Below, piece by piece: positions 19,260 to 31,618 of a stretch of 64,000 nucleotides of DNA. The DNA lies in NCBI RefSeq assembly GCF_009914755.1, contig NC_060939.1; one strand, given 5' to 3'. The DNA comes from the human T2T-CHM13v2.0 reference genome, Homo sapiens. The notes beneath the pieces are model-generated. The model did not search any database. It saw only the letters and a list, made by a program, of their open reading frames with translations, and was not told the DNA's origin. The translations under genes and the position numbers were made by a program. Positions within the stretch are counted from its first letter, which is position 1; every line of letters starts with the position of its first letter.

Positions 19260-20260
19260 TGTGCTGCCCGGAGCCTCCAGTCCGCGAGTGTGAAGAACGG
19301 ACCAGATGGGTCCAGCAGTGCTGGGTCAAGGCGAGGAGGGGGCAGCCGGAAGCGCGCGCATGCTCTGGACTCCTGCAGCCGCCGAAACGGGTGCGCAGGG
19401 GGCGCGCGGGTTGAGGGGTGAGGGGCGACGGGTGTGAGGGGCGAGAGGGACGGGAGCGGGGTAGGGGCAGCCCTTTCCCAGGCGGTAGCGGGGACTGTGG
19501 TGCTGTTGCCCTTTTAAGCTGCGGCTTGACAGGAGCAGCGTCTCCTGTCGGTGGAGTCTGTTACAAGGGGAGCAGCCGCCCAGGCCGCCACACAGCTCCC
19601 CGCAGAGGCCTCGGTGCCCCTTGCCATTTTCCAGCCCTACTCCGAATAGAGTTGAGGCAGCAGGGAGAGGCGGAGCTGGGAGAGCGCCGCCGAGAGGTCC
19701 CGCGGGTGGTTGCGGCCGTGACAGCGGCTCCCGACGGGCTCACCTTCCGCGCCCCTCCCGCCAGAGGTGAGAGTAAAATGTCCGTGTGAGGGTTCAAGGC
19801 CAAGCTGAGGTTGTTGGCCTCTATCTTCCACAAGAACCAGGAGCCCCCGCCGCAGCTCACGCTCCACTGCAACATCACGGTGAGGCGCCCAGTGGCGGCC
19901 TCACGGGGCAGGGCGAGGGCGGAGAGGAGGCGCCCAGAGTCCCGGGACAAAGGGGAGCCTGCCCGGGAGAGGCCCCGGTTCCCCAGGCGGGGCGAGCGCG
20001 CCCCTTTCTCCCGCGTCTGGCCCGCCCCGCTGTGTGAGGCTTGCGTGGGAGGAGGGGGAGGGCGCGTCTCTCTGGCTCCTTGCCGCGGGGCTGGCTTGGG
20101 GGCTGCCGGCACCTCTCGCCCCAGTCGCTGCGCCCTGAGGTGGGAGCCCGCGTCGCCCGCAGACCTTTTGGGGCCCATGATCGCCCTCAGTCAGCTAGCC
20201 TGCTCCCCTGGACCGCGACGGGGCGTGGCAGGGCGGCTCCCGCTGTTGTTTGAGCCCAGT
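19260..20260. promoter_or_regulatory. CpG island promoter of the UBE2Q2 pseudogene
   Basis: Very GC/CpG-rich ~1 kb (gcgcgcgc, ggggcgcgcggg) surrounding UBE2Q2-like exon 1. Confidence 0.85.
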
Positions 20261-20298
20261 GAGGGAAGGGGAAAGGCCTTTAAGATTTTCGGTTTTTT

Positions 20299-20746
20299 GG
20301 CCGGGCGCAGTGCTCATTCCTGTAATCCCAGCACTATGGGAGACTGAGGCAGCTGGATCTCCTGAGGTCAGGAGTTCTAGACCAGCCTGGCCAACATGGT
20401 AAAACCCTGTCTCTACTAAAAATACAAAAATTAGCCGGGCATGGTGGCAGGCGCTTCTTGAGATGGAGTCTCACTCTGTCGCCCAGGCTGGAGTGCAGTG
20501 GAGCGATCTCGGCATACTGCAGCCTCCATCTCTTGACAGTCTGTGGGTTCAAGCGATTCTCCTGCCTCAGCCTCCCGAGTAGCTGGGATTACGGGCGCCC
20601 GCCACCACGCCTGGCTAAGTTTTGTGTTGTTTAGTAGAGATGGGGTTTCATCATGTTGGCCAGGCTGGTCTCGAACTCCTGACCTCAAATGACCCATCTC
20701 TGTCTCCCAGAGTTCTGGGATTACAGGCCTGAGCCACCGCGCCCAG
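20299..20746. mobile_element. Two abutting Alus in inverted orientation (+ 20299-20454 truncated; - 20458-20746)
   Basis: ggccgggcgcagtg...ggcaggcgc directly followed by ttgagatggagtctcactctgtcgccc...gagccaccgcgccc. Confidence 0.9.
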
Positions 20747-21870
20747 ATCCAAGGCCCTTAAGCTTAAATGCCTCGTTCTTCAGTCAGGTTTTCCTTGTTC
20801 CCGCATGTTCAGCCAATCGTGTTTAAGGAGAAACTAACAATGAAAACGGACTCGTTGATGGAGGAAAAGTTGGAATGCAGCCTCTGGTGCTGTTTGAGCG
20901 ATCCCTCTACCCCGGGTCGCTGCTGTGTTCTGGAAAGGCGCATTGTACCCTGGATGCAGCAGGTAAGAGTCCTGTCCAGGTGCTCTGCCCGCTTTTCCTT
21001 TCAGGCTTCTGTATCAGCTGTTTTTCCCCTGTAGAATGTGCCCCTGACAGCCACCCCCTAACCCTACCCAATTTGTCTTTACGTGTCTGACCATCAAGGC
21101 TCTTCTGGGTCATATTTAATTCATGCTGATATTTCCCCTTCCTCCCCTCTTTAGTCCTATTTTTGCTTTGGTTATGTTATGCTATATTCTGTAAGGCTTT
21201 AAAAAAATTTTTATGGTGGCAGGGGAGAATGTTTTATAATTATGCTTTGTGCTTTTTATCTTCCACTCAATAAATGCTTGGTAAATATTTGTTTTATTGA
21301 ATGTATGACCCTATTCTAGCTATATTGTGCTTGAACAAAAACCTTAACTGCCTAGTAAGTTAACTGCTAAGAATTTGTCAGAAGTGCAGACATAACATCA
21401 AGAACTTGTCATGGATAGTACAAAAACGTCTCTTAAGGGCTTGGTGGAAGCCTGTAAATTGACTTCCTATGAAAGAGAGTGTAAGAAGTGAAAATGTAAA
21501 GCATGACTGGAGAGCCAGAGTGATGAAGCCAGGGTCCCTTTCTCCAGATCCTTTGTAACAGTGTTATGTGATCTCTTCTAGAAGATCGTTCTGAAAGATA
21601 ATGCCAACTCGGAACCTAGGAAACCATCCAGTGGGTTTCTGCAGCTTAGGTGTTTCAAATCCTCATCAGCACGTTTGTTTTCTCTGCCTCAGTTTGCTTA
21701 CAATGATGTTCTCAGTAGCTACAATTGCTGTCCTTGAATACGTAAGCATTTTTTTTTAGGTGACAGGGATATATGTGCATTTTTATTTTACCAAGTGTTA
21801 GAATTTTGACTCTGCTTTTGTGGGCTCTGGGTTAGCTACTTGGTTGTTGTAAAATGATTAGCAGGGAAAG

Positions 21871-21904
<34 letters not shown>

Positions 21905-22061
21905 GTTTTTGTTGTCAGAGGACTTAGAATTTTATTTTATATGGTAATTCTGTCAATTTACTTTATTCTCCACCCCACATTTATTGAACAGCAAATTATG
22001 AAAGTAATGTGTCCCATAAGCAGCCTTCAGAAGAATTACAACTGCTGTATATCTGAAATTC

Positions 22062-22359
22062 TTTTTTTTATTTTTTATTTTGAGATGGAGTCTCACTCTA
22101 TCACCCAAGCTGGAGTACAGTGGTGCAATCTTGGCTCACTGGAACCTCTGCTGCCCAGGTTCAAGCAATTCTCCTGCCTCAGCCTCCTGAGTAGCTGGGA
22201 TTACAGGCACCTGCCACCGCACCTGGCTAATTTTTGTAGCTTTAGTAGAGACAGGTTTCACCATGTTGGCCAGGCTGGTCTTGAATTCCTGACCTCGTGA
22301 TCTGCCTGCCTCAGCCTCCCAAAGTGCTGGGATTACAGGTGTGAGCTACCGCACCTGGC
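22062..22359 (-). mobile_element. Alu (AluS-like)
   Basis: Full-length reverse Alu flanked by tgaaatt/tgaactt. Confidence 0.92.
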
Positions 22360-23675
22360 TGAACTTTCAAGAAGAAGTTTGTGCATCAGTTTTCAAAAAA
22401 TTATGATATCAAAAGATAGCTGTGCCCTACATTTGGAAAGATACAAAAACTGAACATACTGGCAGGCAGTTTTGCTTGCTGGTGCTTGAGATAGAGGCAC
22501 ACATTGGTCTCAGTGGAATTATGGAGAAAAATAGATAAAGTTATTTCTAAATAAGACCAAAAAATCCTTTTCTTAAGCAGTGACAGGTAAAGAGGTTGTC
22601 TTGACTAACCTTGAATTGTGTTGCCCTTGATTGAGACAGTTTTATGGTGGGATGGTAGTGGTGATAAACTTGCTGGAAATTTGTCTGCTTATAGTAACCT
22701 TTGTGGTAGCTGTCACAGACAACTTCATCCTCACAGGCCTTGAAATTAGTATAAAACTAACAGAATGGAGGAGAAACAAAGGACCTGAATAATTAGATGC
22801 TTAGATAATTGTTCCGTGTTTTCATAACTGGTGAAAAAGAGCAGTATTAGAAGCACTTACACATTCTATAGAAGGAACACTGCCTGAATTTATATTGCGA
22901 TTTTTGAGCACCATTAACTGTATAAAAACAGGCATATTGTAGGTAATATTTTAAAGACAAACAGAAAATTTATCTTTTCAAGATGGATCTAAAACTTATC
23001 AAAATTACAAAATTTAAAACGTGATTGAAAAATATTAATGCATAGGTTTAAATATTGGTCATTTTAAATGTCTTTCAAAATAGATTGTCTCTTAAATATT
23101 CAACTGAACAAACTTTGAACATGTTGTAGAGTTTGTGCCAAAGGTTAAATTTCCTGGGGTGATGGATATTTTGTAATATGGAAAACAAAACCTTCTTATT
23201 TTAAGAAATTTAGAAAACTTTTAGGCAAAACTAGAAAATATTACCTATGTAATTCTACCACTCAGAAGGTGCCACTGTCAGAAATTTGTATCTTTCCAGT
23301 CATCTGCTCACCTCTTTTCTCCTGTGCTTGTATATGTTTCCTCTCCCTTAAAAATCAGATATTTGTTTGTAATCTGCTTTTTCACTCAACAGTATTGTAG
23401 ATCCATGTTATAACTTACTCCTCTACATTGCCTTCAGTTATTGTGTGCTTTCTGTTGGATGACTTTACCATGTAGTCAGTCATGTTTTCTGGTACTGAAT
23501 ACATACGGGTATGTGTGTGTGTGCGTGCGCGTGTGTGCGTATTTTTTTGTAACTTAACTAATGCTTTAGACATCAGTAGGTAGACGTAAATCCTTGAAAC
23601 CTTCCACGTGGTGACTTTCAGTTCTCATTGCTGAATTTGTTTCCAGAGATGGAAGAAATTATATTGTATGGGAAC

Positions 23676-24024
<349 letters not shown>

Positions 24025-24459
24025 TAAAAATGTTAGAAAGTGTGCAATGAAATGGGCATTCTTACAGTCATGGCAAAAAATATAATTATCTTTGACTTTC
24101 TAGAAAGTAGTTTGGCTTTCTAGAAACTTGTTTGAATTCTCCCTGTTTAGGCAGGATGAATTCTCACTACCCCAAGGTGGCCAACCTTGTCCCTGTGATT
24201 CCATCTCTCCCAGAAAGAGAGGTCTAGTCTCAGGGAAAACCCAGATTTGTTTGGCTTAGCCCATCTGACAGCTAATCACTGGAAATGGGGTGGGCTGGTA
24301 GAATGCTTTGGTCAGGTTTTGTGTTGAGAGAGAGGTGGAAAGATGGGAGGGAGGTAGCAAAACTTGCCTCAGTGGAACTATGTAAGTTAATATAGAATGG
24401 CAAAGGGATGTTTCTTCCAAGGAAGAAATTCTAGAGAAGGAAGAAAGTGGAGGGGAAGG

Positions 24460-26491
24460 CAGCAGTTCTCCAAGTTTTGGGGTCAGGATTCCTTTACACT
24501 CTTAAAAATACATTGAGGTCCCAAGGAGCTTTGGTTTATGTAGGGTATATCTATTGGTATTTATCACTAGAAATTAAATCAGAAATATTTAAAATATTGT
24601 TTAAAAGCTCACCACATATTGTTATAAATGCTTTTATGAAAAGAAAATTTCTAAACCCAAAGTAGTACAGTCTTACATCTTTTGCAAATTATTTTGATGT
24701 TTGATATGTCATTTGCATGATGTTTGATATGTCATTAGCAAATTGATATGTCAGTTTGCTTCTGCATTCAATTTATTGTGTGATATTTTCTTGAAAAAAT
24801 GTGAACAAAGGCCAATCTCATACAGATAACCATTTTAGATCATTGTGGATATATATATTTTTTTGAGATGAGGTCTTGCCCTGTTGCCCAGGCTGGAAGG
24901 TAGTGGTGTGATCACAGCTCACTGCAGCCTCAGTCTCCAGGGACTAAGGTGATCCTCCCACCTCAGCCTCCAGAGTAGCTGGGACTACAGGTGTGTACCA
25001 CCATACTTGGCTAACTTTTTGTATTTTTTGTAGAGACAGGGTTTTGCCATGTTGCCTAGGCTTCTTTTTTGATACTCCATCAAATCTTGGTTTTTCTTGA
25101 ACTTTGGATCTTCCACCCTTGCATGATATTACAACATCGTGCATTGGTCACTTATAAAACAGTGGTTCACTAAGATCTTCTACATGTTGATACATTTGTA
25201 CAGTATCAAAATACATTCATCAGTACCACCATCAATCTCATCAGAATACTTTTGGAAAGCGATGGTGGGCATAAGTTTTCTAAAATTCTAATTTTTTGTT
25301 CAAAAGCTTGAATTTTATTAGTAATTTTGTTATTGAATTTTATTATAGCCTGTCTGTTGTTTTCCTTGAAATGACAGAATCTCATGTTTTGAGAAAATAT
25401 CTGCCAGAAATGCGAGTTAAAATAACATTTTTTGTCAGTCAGCCTTTCAAGTAAAAATGGTATTCCATTAAAGTGGTTAATTCACTTCATGACTTAGTCA
25501 CTCAAGGGTTTTTCCTCAGGCAGCCTGTAGGAATGCTCATGTATACTTCCCATTTCATCACTTGAAATATTAAAAAGATATATTCAATGATTTAGATATA
25601 GTAAAATATTCACTGCTTCATCATAGACATTCTTTTTTTTTTTTTTTAATTTTCGAGACAGGGCCTTGTTCTGTCACCCAGGCTGGAGTGCAGTAGCGTG
25701 ATCACAGCTCACTGCAGCCTCAACTTTCTGGGTTCAGTCAATCCTCCTGCCTCAGCCTTCCAAGACGCTGGGACTACAGGCATGCAGCCACTGTGTTCAG
25801 CTAATTTTTGTATTTTTTGTAAAGATGAGGTTTCACCAGGTTGCCCAGGCAGGTCTTGAACTCCCGGGCTCAAGGGATCCCCCTGCCTGGGCCTTCCAAA
25901 GTGCTGGAATTACAGACATGAGCCAAAATTCCCAAACTTATCATAGACATTCTTAAATGAAACTGACCTTTTGTTGCCCTTCCTTTTTATTTTTATTTTT
26001 GGAGATGGAGTTTTGCTCTGTTGCCCAGTCTGGAGTTACATAGGTGCAATTTCAGCTCAAGGCAACCTCTGCCTCCCAGGTTCAAGTGATTCTCCTGCCT
26101 CAGCCTCCTAAGTATTTGGTAATACAGGCATGCACCACCACACCGAGCTAATTTTTGTATTTTTAGTAGAGATGGGGTTTCACCATGTTGGCCAAGCTCG
26201 TCTCAAACTCCTGACCTTAAGTGATCCATCTACCTCAGCCTCCCGAAGCACTGGGATTACTGGTGTAGGCCACCATGTCCCACCCACCCTTCCTTTTTAA
26301 ACCTTTCCTGTGCATAATGAAGAATACCATGACTACTAGTAGTTTGGTGTTACTGCTTTTGTTTGTGCTAAAGTACCAGCATTTTTACCCACCATTGTAT
26401 TTGCACACTTACAGCAAATGTCACCATGTTAGTATTCCTGTCAAAATAGTTTGGACTTGGGGGTCTGAGGGCCGCACTTTGGGAACCATTG
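24460..26491. mobile_element. Old hAT/Charlie-like DNA transposon interrupted by three reverse Alus (~24850-25062, 25633-25925, 25984-26283)
   Basis: Ends cagcagttctccaagttttgg ... cactttgggaaccattg resemble Charlie TIRs; the Alus are unambiguous. Confidence 0.55.
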
Positions 26492-26787
26492 AAATAGGTA
26501 CTTAGACGTACTAGATATCATATCTTTTCATCTACAAGGTTTTTAAAAACTTGATTTCAGTTAATTTTTTTTTGTAATTTTTAAAATATGGTTTTGAGGG
26601 GTTTCAGTCCAGAGCAACAACACGTATTTTATTTTGCTTATGCTGAAGTTTACTAGAAAATACTAACCTAACAGAATGAAGTCCTAAATCTAATTGAAAT
26701 TTCCTTAGCCAAAAGTAAAAAAAAACGAAAATTAAAAGTGTAAAAATAGTCCATATGGTGTATTCTCAGTGTATGCTGAAGAATTTA

Positions 26788-27135
<348 letters not shown>

Positions 27136-27279
27136 AATAGGAGTAATTCTGAAGAGTTTCTTTTAGCCTGTAAAGAGATTTGGAACACAGTAAGAGAGGA
27201 ATGAGAAGAATGAGAATAGTAAAATAAACCATTATTGAAGAGATATACTGTTAATGATGTCCTCCATCAATACAACTTG

Positions 27280-27586
27280 TTTTTCTTTTTGTTTGTTTGT
27301 TTTTTGAGATGGAGTCTTGCTCTATCGCCAGCCTGGAGTGCAGTGGACATCTCGGCCCACTGAAACCTCTGCCTCCTGGGTTCAAGTGATTCCCCTGCCT
27401 CAGCCTCCTGAGTAGCTGGGACTACAGGCACCCGCCAGCGCGCCCAGCTAATTTTTTTGTATTTTTTTAGTAGAGATGGGGTTTCTCCGTGTTAGCCAGG
27501 ACGGTCTCGATCTCCTGACCTCGTGATCCGCCCACCTCGGCCTCCCAAAGTGCTGAGATTAGAGGCGCGAGCCACCGTGCCCGGCC
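27280..27586 (-). mobile_element. Alu (AluY/Sc-like)
   Basis: gttagccaggacggtctcgatctcctgacctcgtgatccgccc. Confidence 0.9.
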
Positions 27587-27959
27587 CATCTTGCTTTTCT
27601 TAAAAAGGAACCTTCAGTAAATATTTGGTTTCTGTGGCTTCAGCTTTAACTCAGATTACAGTTTTCAAAGCAGTGTTGCCTAAAGTTGTTTGTGCAAAAT
27701 TGTTTTCTGTGACTTGAACCTAGTTATTCTGAAACTAATATATAATAATAATGGTTTTTCCCCAATTTATAATAGAGAACAGTACAAAGTAACAGCGGGA
27801 ACGTCTGTTAGTGGGTGAAAGCACATAATGCATAGTTCATTAGCTTTTTTAAAAAATCACATGTAATTGTGTTACAAAAATATATGTATAGTAATGGCAT
27901 TTACTTGGTATTACTTGGTTTGTGTGATAGAATAAAATATTAGAATTTTATGGTGTTTG

Positions 27960-28490
27960 AGTTAGTTATCTATTGCTCTGTAACAAATTGAGCAGCTTAA
28001 AATAACAAACATTATCTCAGTTTCTGTGGGTCAGGATTCTGTCCAGTTTACCTTGGGTTCACTGGCTTGGCCTCTCACCAGGCAGTGAAGGTGTTGGTGG
28101 TGGCTGTGATCATCCCAAGGCAGGATAGGGAGAGAATCTGTCTCCAAGCTCAGGTTGGCAGGATTCATCTCAGAGGCTGCTGGACTGGGCCTCCGTTTCT
28201 AGATGGCTATTGGTCAGAGGCTTTTTACAATACCTTGTCACGTGGGCCTCTCCATAGGGCACCTCATCACATGGCAACTGGCTTCCATCAGAGGGAGCAA
28301 TGGAAAGAGCAGGAGAAGGGTGACTAAGGCAGGCATCGTAGTCTCCTTGTAGCCTCACCTCAGAAGCGATGTTACTTTTGCTGTATTCTCTTTGTTAGAA
28401 GTGAGTCACTAGGTCCAGGGGTGGAATTTTACAAGGGTGTGAATGGCAGGAGGTGAGGGTGATCAGGGCCATTTAAAGGCTGCCTACCAG
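27960..28490. mobile_element. MaLR (MLT1-type) LTR remnant
   Basis: ttagttatctattgct..gtaacaaa..agcttaaaataacaaacatt..ctcagtttctgtgggtcagga ... ggctgcctacca. Confidence 0.65.
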
Positions 28491-29527
28491 TGTTGAAGAA
28501 AGTTGTTGACTTCTATGAGCTGTAGCAGCAGACAGTGCTATGCAAGGAGAATGGCTGTCTCAGAAGTCCAGCTCCTCACATGGGTTTAAACGTGTTGCCT
28601 TTTCCCCCATACATTTTGTTTAAATCCATGGTCATCTTGCCATTTAGTGGTGTGGTTTAATTGCATATTTGGGTTAGTCTGTATGTAAACATTTAACATA
28701 GGTGTCTCTGGGTTAAACAGGAATCCTATTCATCTTCTTCACCGATATGGTCTGTGGACTCTGATGAGCCAAATCTGACATCAGTTCTGGAACGTCTAGA
28801 AGATACTAAGGACAACAGTTCGGTAAGGAAAGAAACCAAGCTATTTTCTCTTTTCCTCATGAACATTATATTTAGAAATTAAATGTTAAATGATAATATT
28901 ATATAAAAACATGATTAATAACTATAATCTTAGAGGAATTAAAGTCTGGGTATTTTAAGTCCTCCAAATCTTATTTACTACCTGGTTTCTCTTTATTATT
29001 TCCCACATGTATAATCTTAGTTTAGATTAGCAATTCGGGATCTCTTTTTCCCTGAATTCTAACCATTAAGCCAAGCAAGCATTTTGGGTGGAGACCACTA
29101 GCCAAGGTGGGAAGTAGAAAGAAGACCAAGGTGGAAGTGAAGGGAGAGATGGGGAGAATGACACCAGAACTAGTGGGAGGGAATTGCCTTTTCTTTCAAG
29201 GGTCTGTAAGTCTGCAGTAAAAGTCAAAGGTATTCAAATAGGAAGTTTTGTTTTTGTCTTTAGTATATAAAGAAGCATAACTTTCCATTTTGCAAAAACT
29301 TTAGAAATCTTTTTTCTTGATTATAAAACTTATAAGCAACCATTATTGAGAAGATTAGTAAAATATAAAAAAATAAAAATCTCACATAATTTCTCTACCT
29401 AATATAAGTACTGTTGACATGATAGCTAGTTTCTATCAGTATGTATTGCTTCTTTGTTATCAAAGTACTTATACCCTTACAGATATGTTTAAATAGTTGA
29501 GGTCATATTCTATAAATATCTATAAAT

Positions 29528-29818
<291 letters not shown>

Positions 29819-29819
29819 T

Positions 29820-30374
29820 ATGTATACACACACATACACACACCCTCATATATATATACACACATATGTGTGTGTATATACACACACACACACACACACA
29901 CATACACCTACACATGACCGATTGCCTCGCCTCTAGCATTGGGAATCAGTCACCGTGCTGTCCTTGTGGAGTCTTGTGGCCCAACAAGAGGAAGCTCTCC
30001 CCTGACATTGCCCCTCCAAAGTGCGCCACTTCCAGTGCGCCCCACTGTCATGCCCGGCCTGTGGACAGCCAGACCCTGCCATCCCTCCCACCCCCGACCA
30101 AGCATGGGGGTGCTCTGTAGGTAGCTGTGTGGCCTGACAGTCTCTACCAGTCCTGCTGTCCCTCAGCTGAGAATCAAACCCATTTCTGGATGACAGGGAA
30201 TGTGTCTTCTGCTGGCTGTGTTCTCTGTGGAGCTCAGGGGAGGGAAAAGGCCAAGCTATTTCTAGGGTGCTGTCAGGACCGATGAAAAGGTCACACCCTT
30301 TCCAAGAGACACTTTTCCTGGAAAGCCCCTGGAGCTTAGCTGGCTCTTATCCTGTGATAAGCCAGAGGCTCTGG
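29820..30374 (+). pseudogene. DNM1P: DNM1 3'UTR fragment (inverted paralog of ~14630-15130)
   Basis: tgcctcgcctctagcattgggaatcagtc... and cttttcctggaaagcccctggagcttagctggctctta are reverse complements of 15050-15080 and 14655-14695. Confidence 0.85.
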
Positions 30375-31072
30375 GGGGTGAGGGAGCAGAAACCCTCCTC
30401 ACCCCAGCCAACGGGGACCTGTATACCTCTGCCAGTCTCTCACTTGGCCTTGCTGCTGTCCTCTGAGACTGCCTGTTCCTCCCTCTCTGTGACTCTACAC
30501 CACCATCACCTCCTCCAGGAAGTCCTCTGGATTGACTCCTAGCTTATTACATCTTTATTGTGCAGACCCTCTCCATTCAAAGCCCCTCTTCAACTGCCCC
30601 CCGCCCACTACCTCCAAGACAGAGATTCTGGGTTCTTGCAACTGCAGCCCCTCAGAGAGTGTAAGAGGGGCAGAAAAAGGAGATCAGGAGGTGAGGGAAG
30701 CAGCGCTGTCAGAGTTTCCAAAGCCCCGGCCAGCAAGGCCTCAGAGGCCTCTGTTGGAGTGGGGGCCTCCCTGGCTATGCGCTCCAGCTGCACAAGGCAG
30801 CCTCTGTGAGCCTCTCCCACTCAGCCCTACAGGAAGCAGCAGGGCCCAGCCTCAATGGACCCATTCAGACCCCAGCGCTCCGGAAAGTACCTCTGCTTCC
30901 TGCCACCATTCCACTCTGGCCAAACAGGCTCTACTCTCTTCTGATGGGAGGAGGCCGCAGGCAGGTGGTTCAGTGGTTAGGGCCAACCATCTACTTCAGT
31001 TCCTGTCTGGCCCAGATCTCTGACCTTGACCATGCCCTAGTGGGTGTATGTATACCTTTAGTGCAAGGGTGG

Positions 31073-31618
31073 TGTGACAGTTAATACTGAGTGTCAACTT
31101 GATTGGGTTGAAGGCTGCAAAGTATTGACCTACTGGAAGTGTCTGTGAGGGCATTGTAAAAGGAGATAAACATTTGAGTCAGTGGGCTGGGGAAGGCAGA
31201 CCCACCTTTAATACTGGTGGGTACCATCTTTCTAATCAGCTGCTAGCGAATATAAAGCAGGCAGAAAAACATGAAAAGGTAAGATTGGCCTAGCTTCCCA
31301 GCCTACATCTTTCTCCCATGCTGGACACTTCCTGCCCTCTAACATCGGACTCCAGGTTCTTCAGTTTTGAGACTCGGATTGGCTCTCCTTGCTCCTCAAA
31401 CTTGCAGACAGCCTATTGTGGGACCTTGTGATTGTGTAAGTTAATACTTCATAAACTCCCCTTTATATATCTATCTATATCTATATCTATTATCTATATC
31501 TATATCTATATCTATTATCTATATCTATATCTATATCTATATCTATATCTATATCTATATCTATATCTGTCTATATCTCCTATTAGTTCTGTCCCTCTAG
31601 GGAACCCTGATTAACACA
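31073..31618 (+). mobile_element. MLT2A-type (ERVL) solo LTR with internal (TATATC)n tract at 31465-31577
   Basis: tgtgacagttaatactgagtgtcaacttgattgg ... gtccctctagggaaccctgattaacaca; 5-bp TSD GGTGG at 31068-31072 and 31619-31623. Confidence 0.9.

Noticed and set aside
19418-20347. Several long Arg/Gly/Pro-rich ORFs
   Set aside because: Expected in a CpG island; only the UBE2Q2-like part is homologous to a known protein
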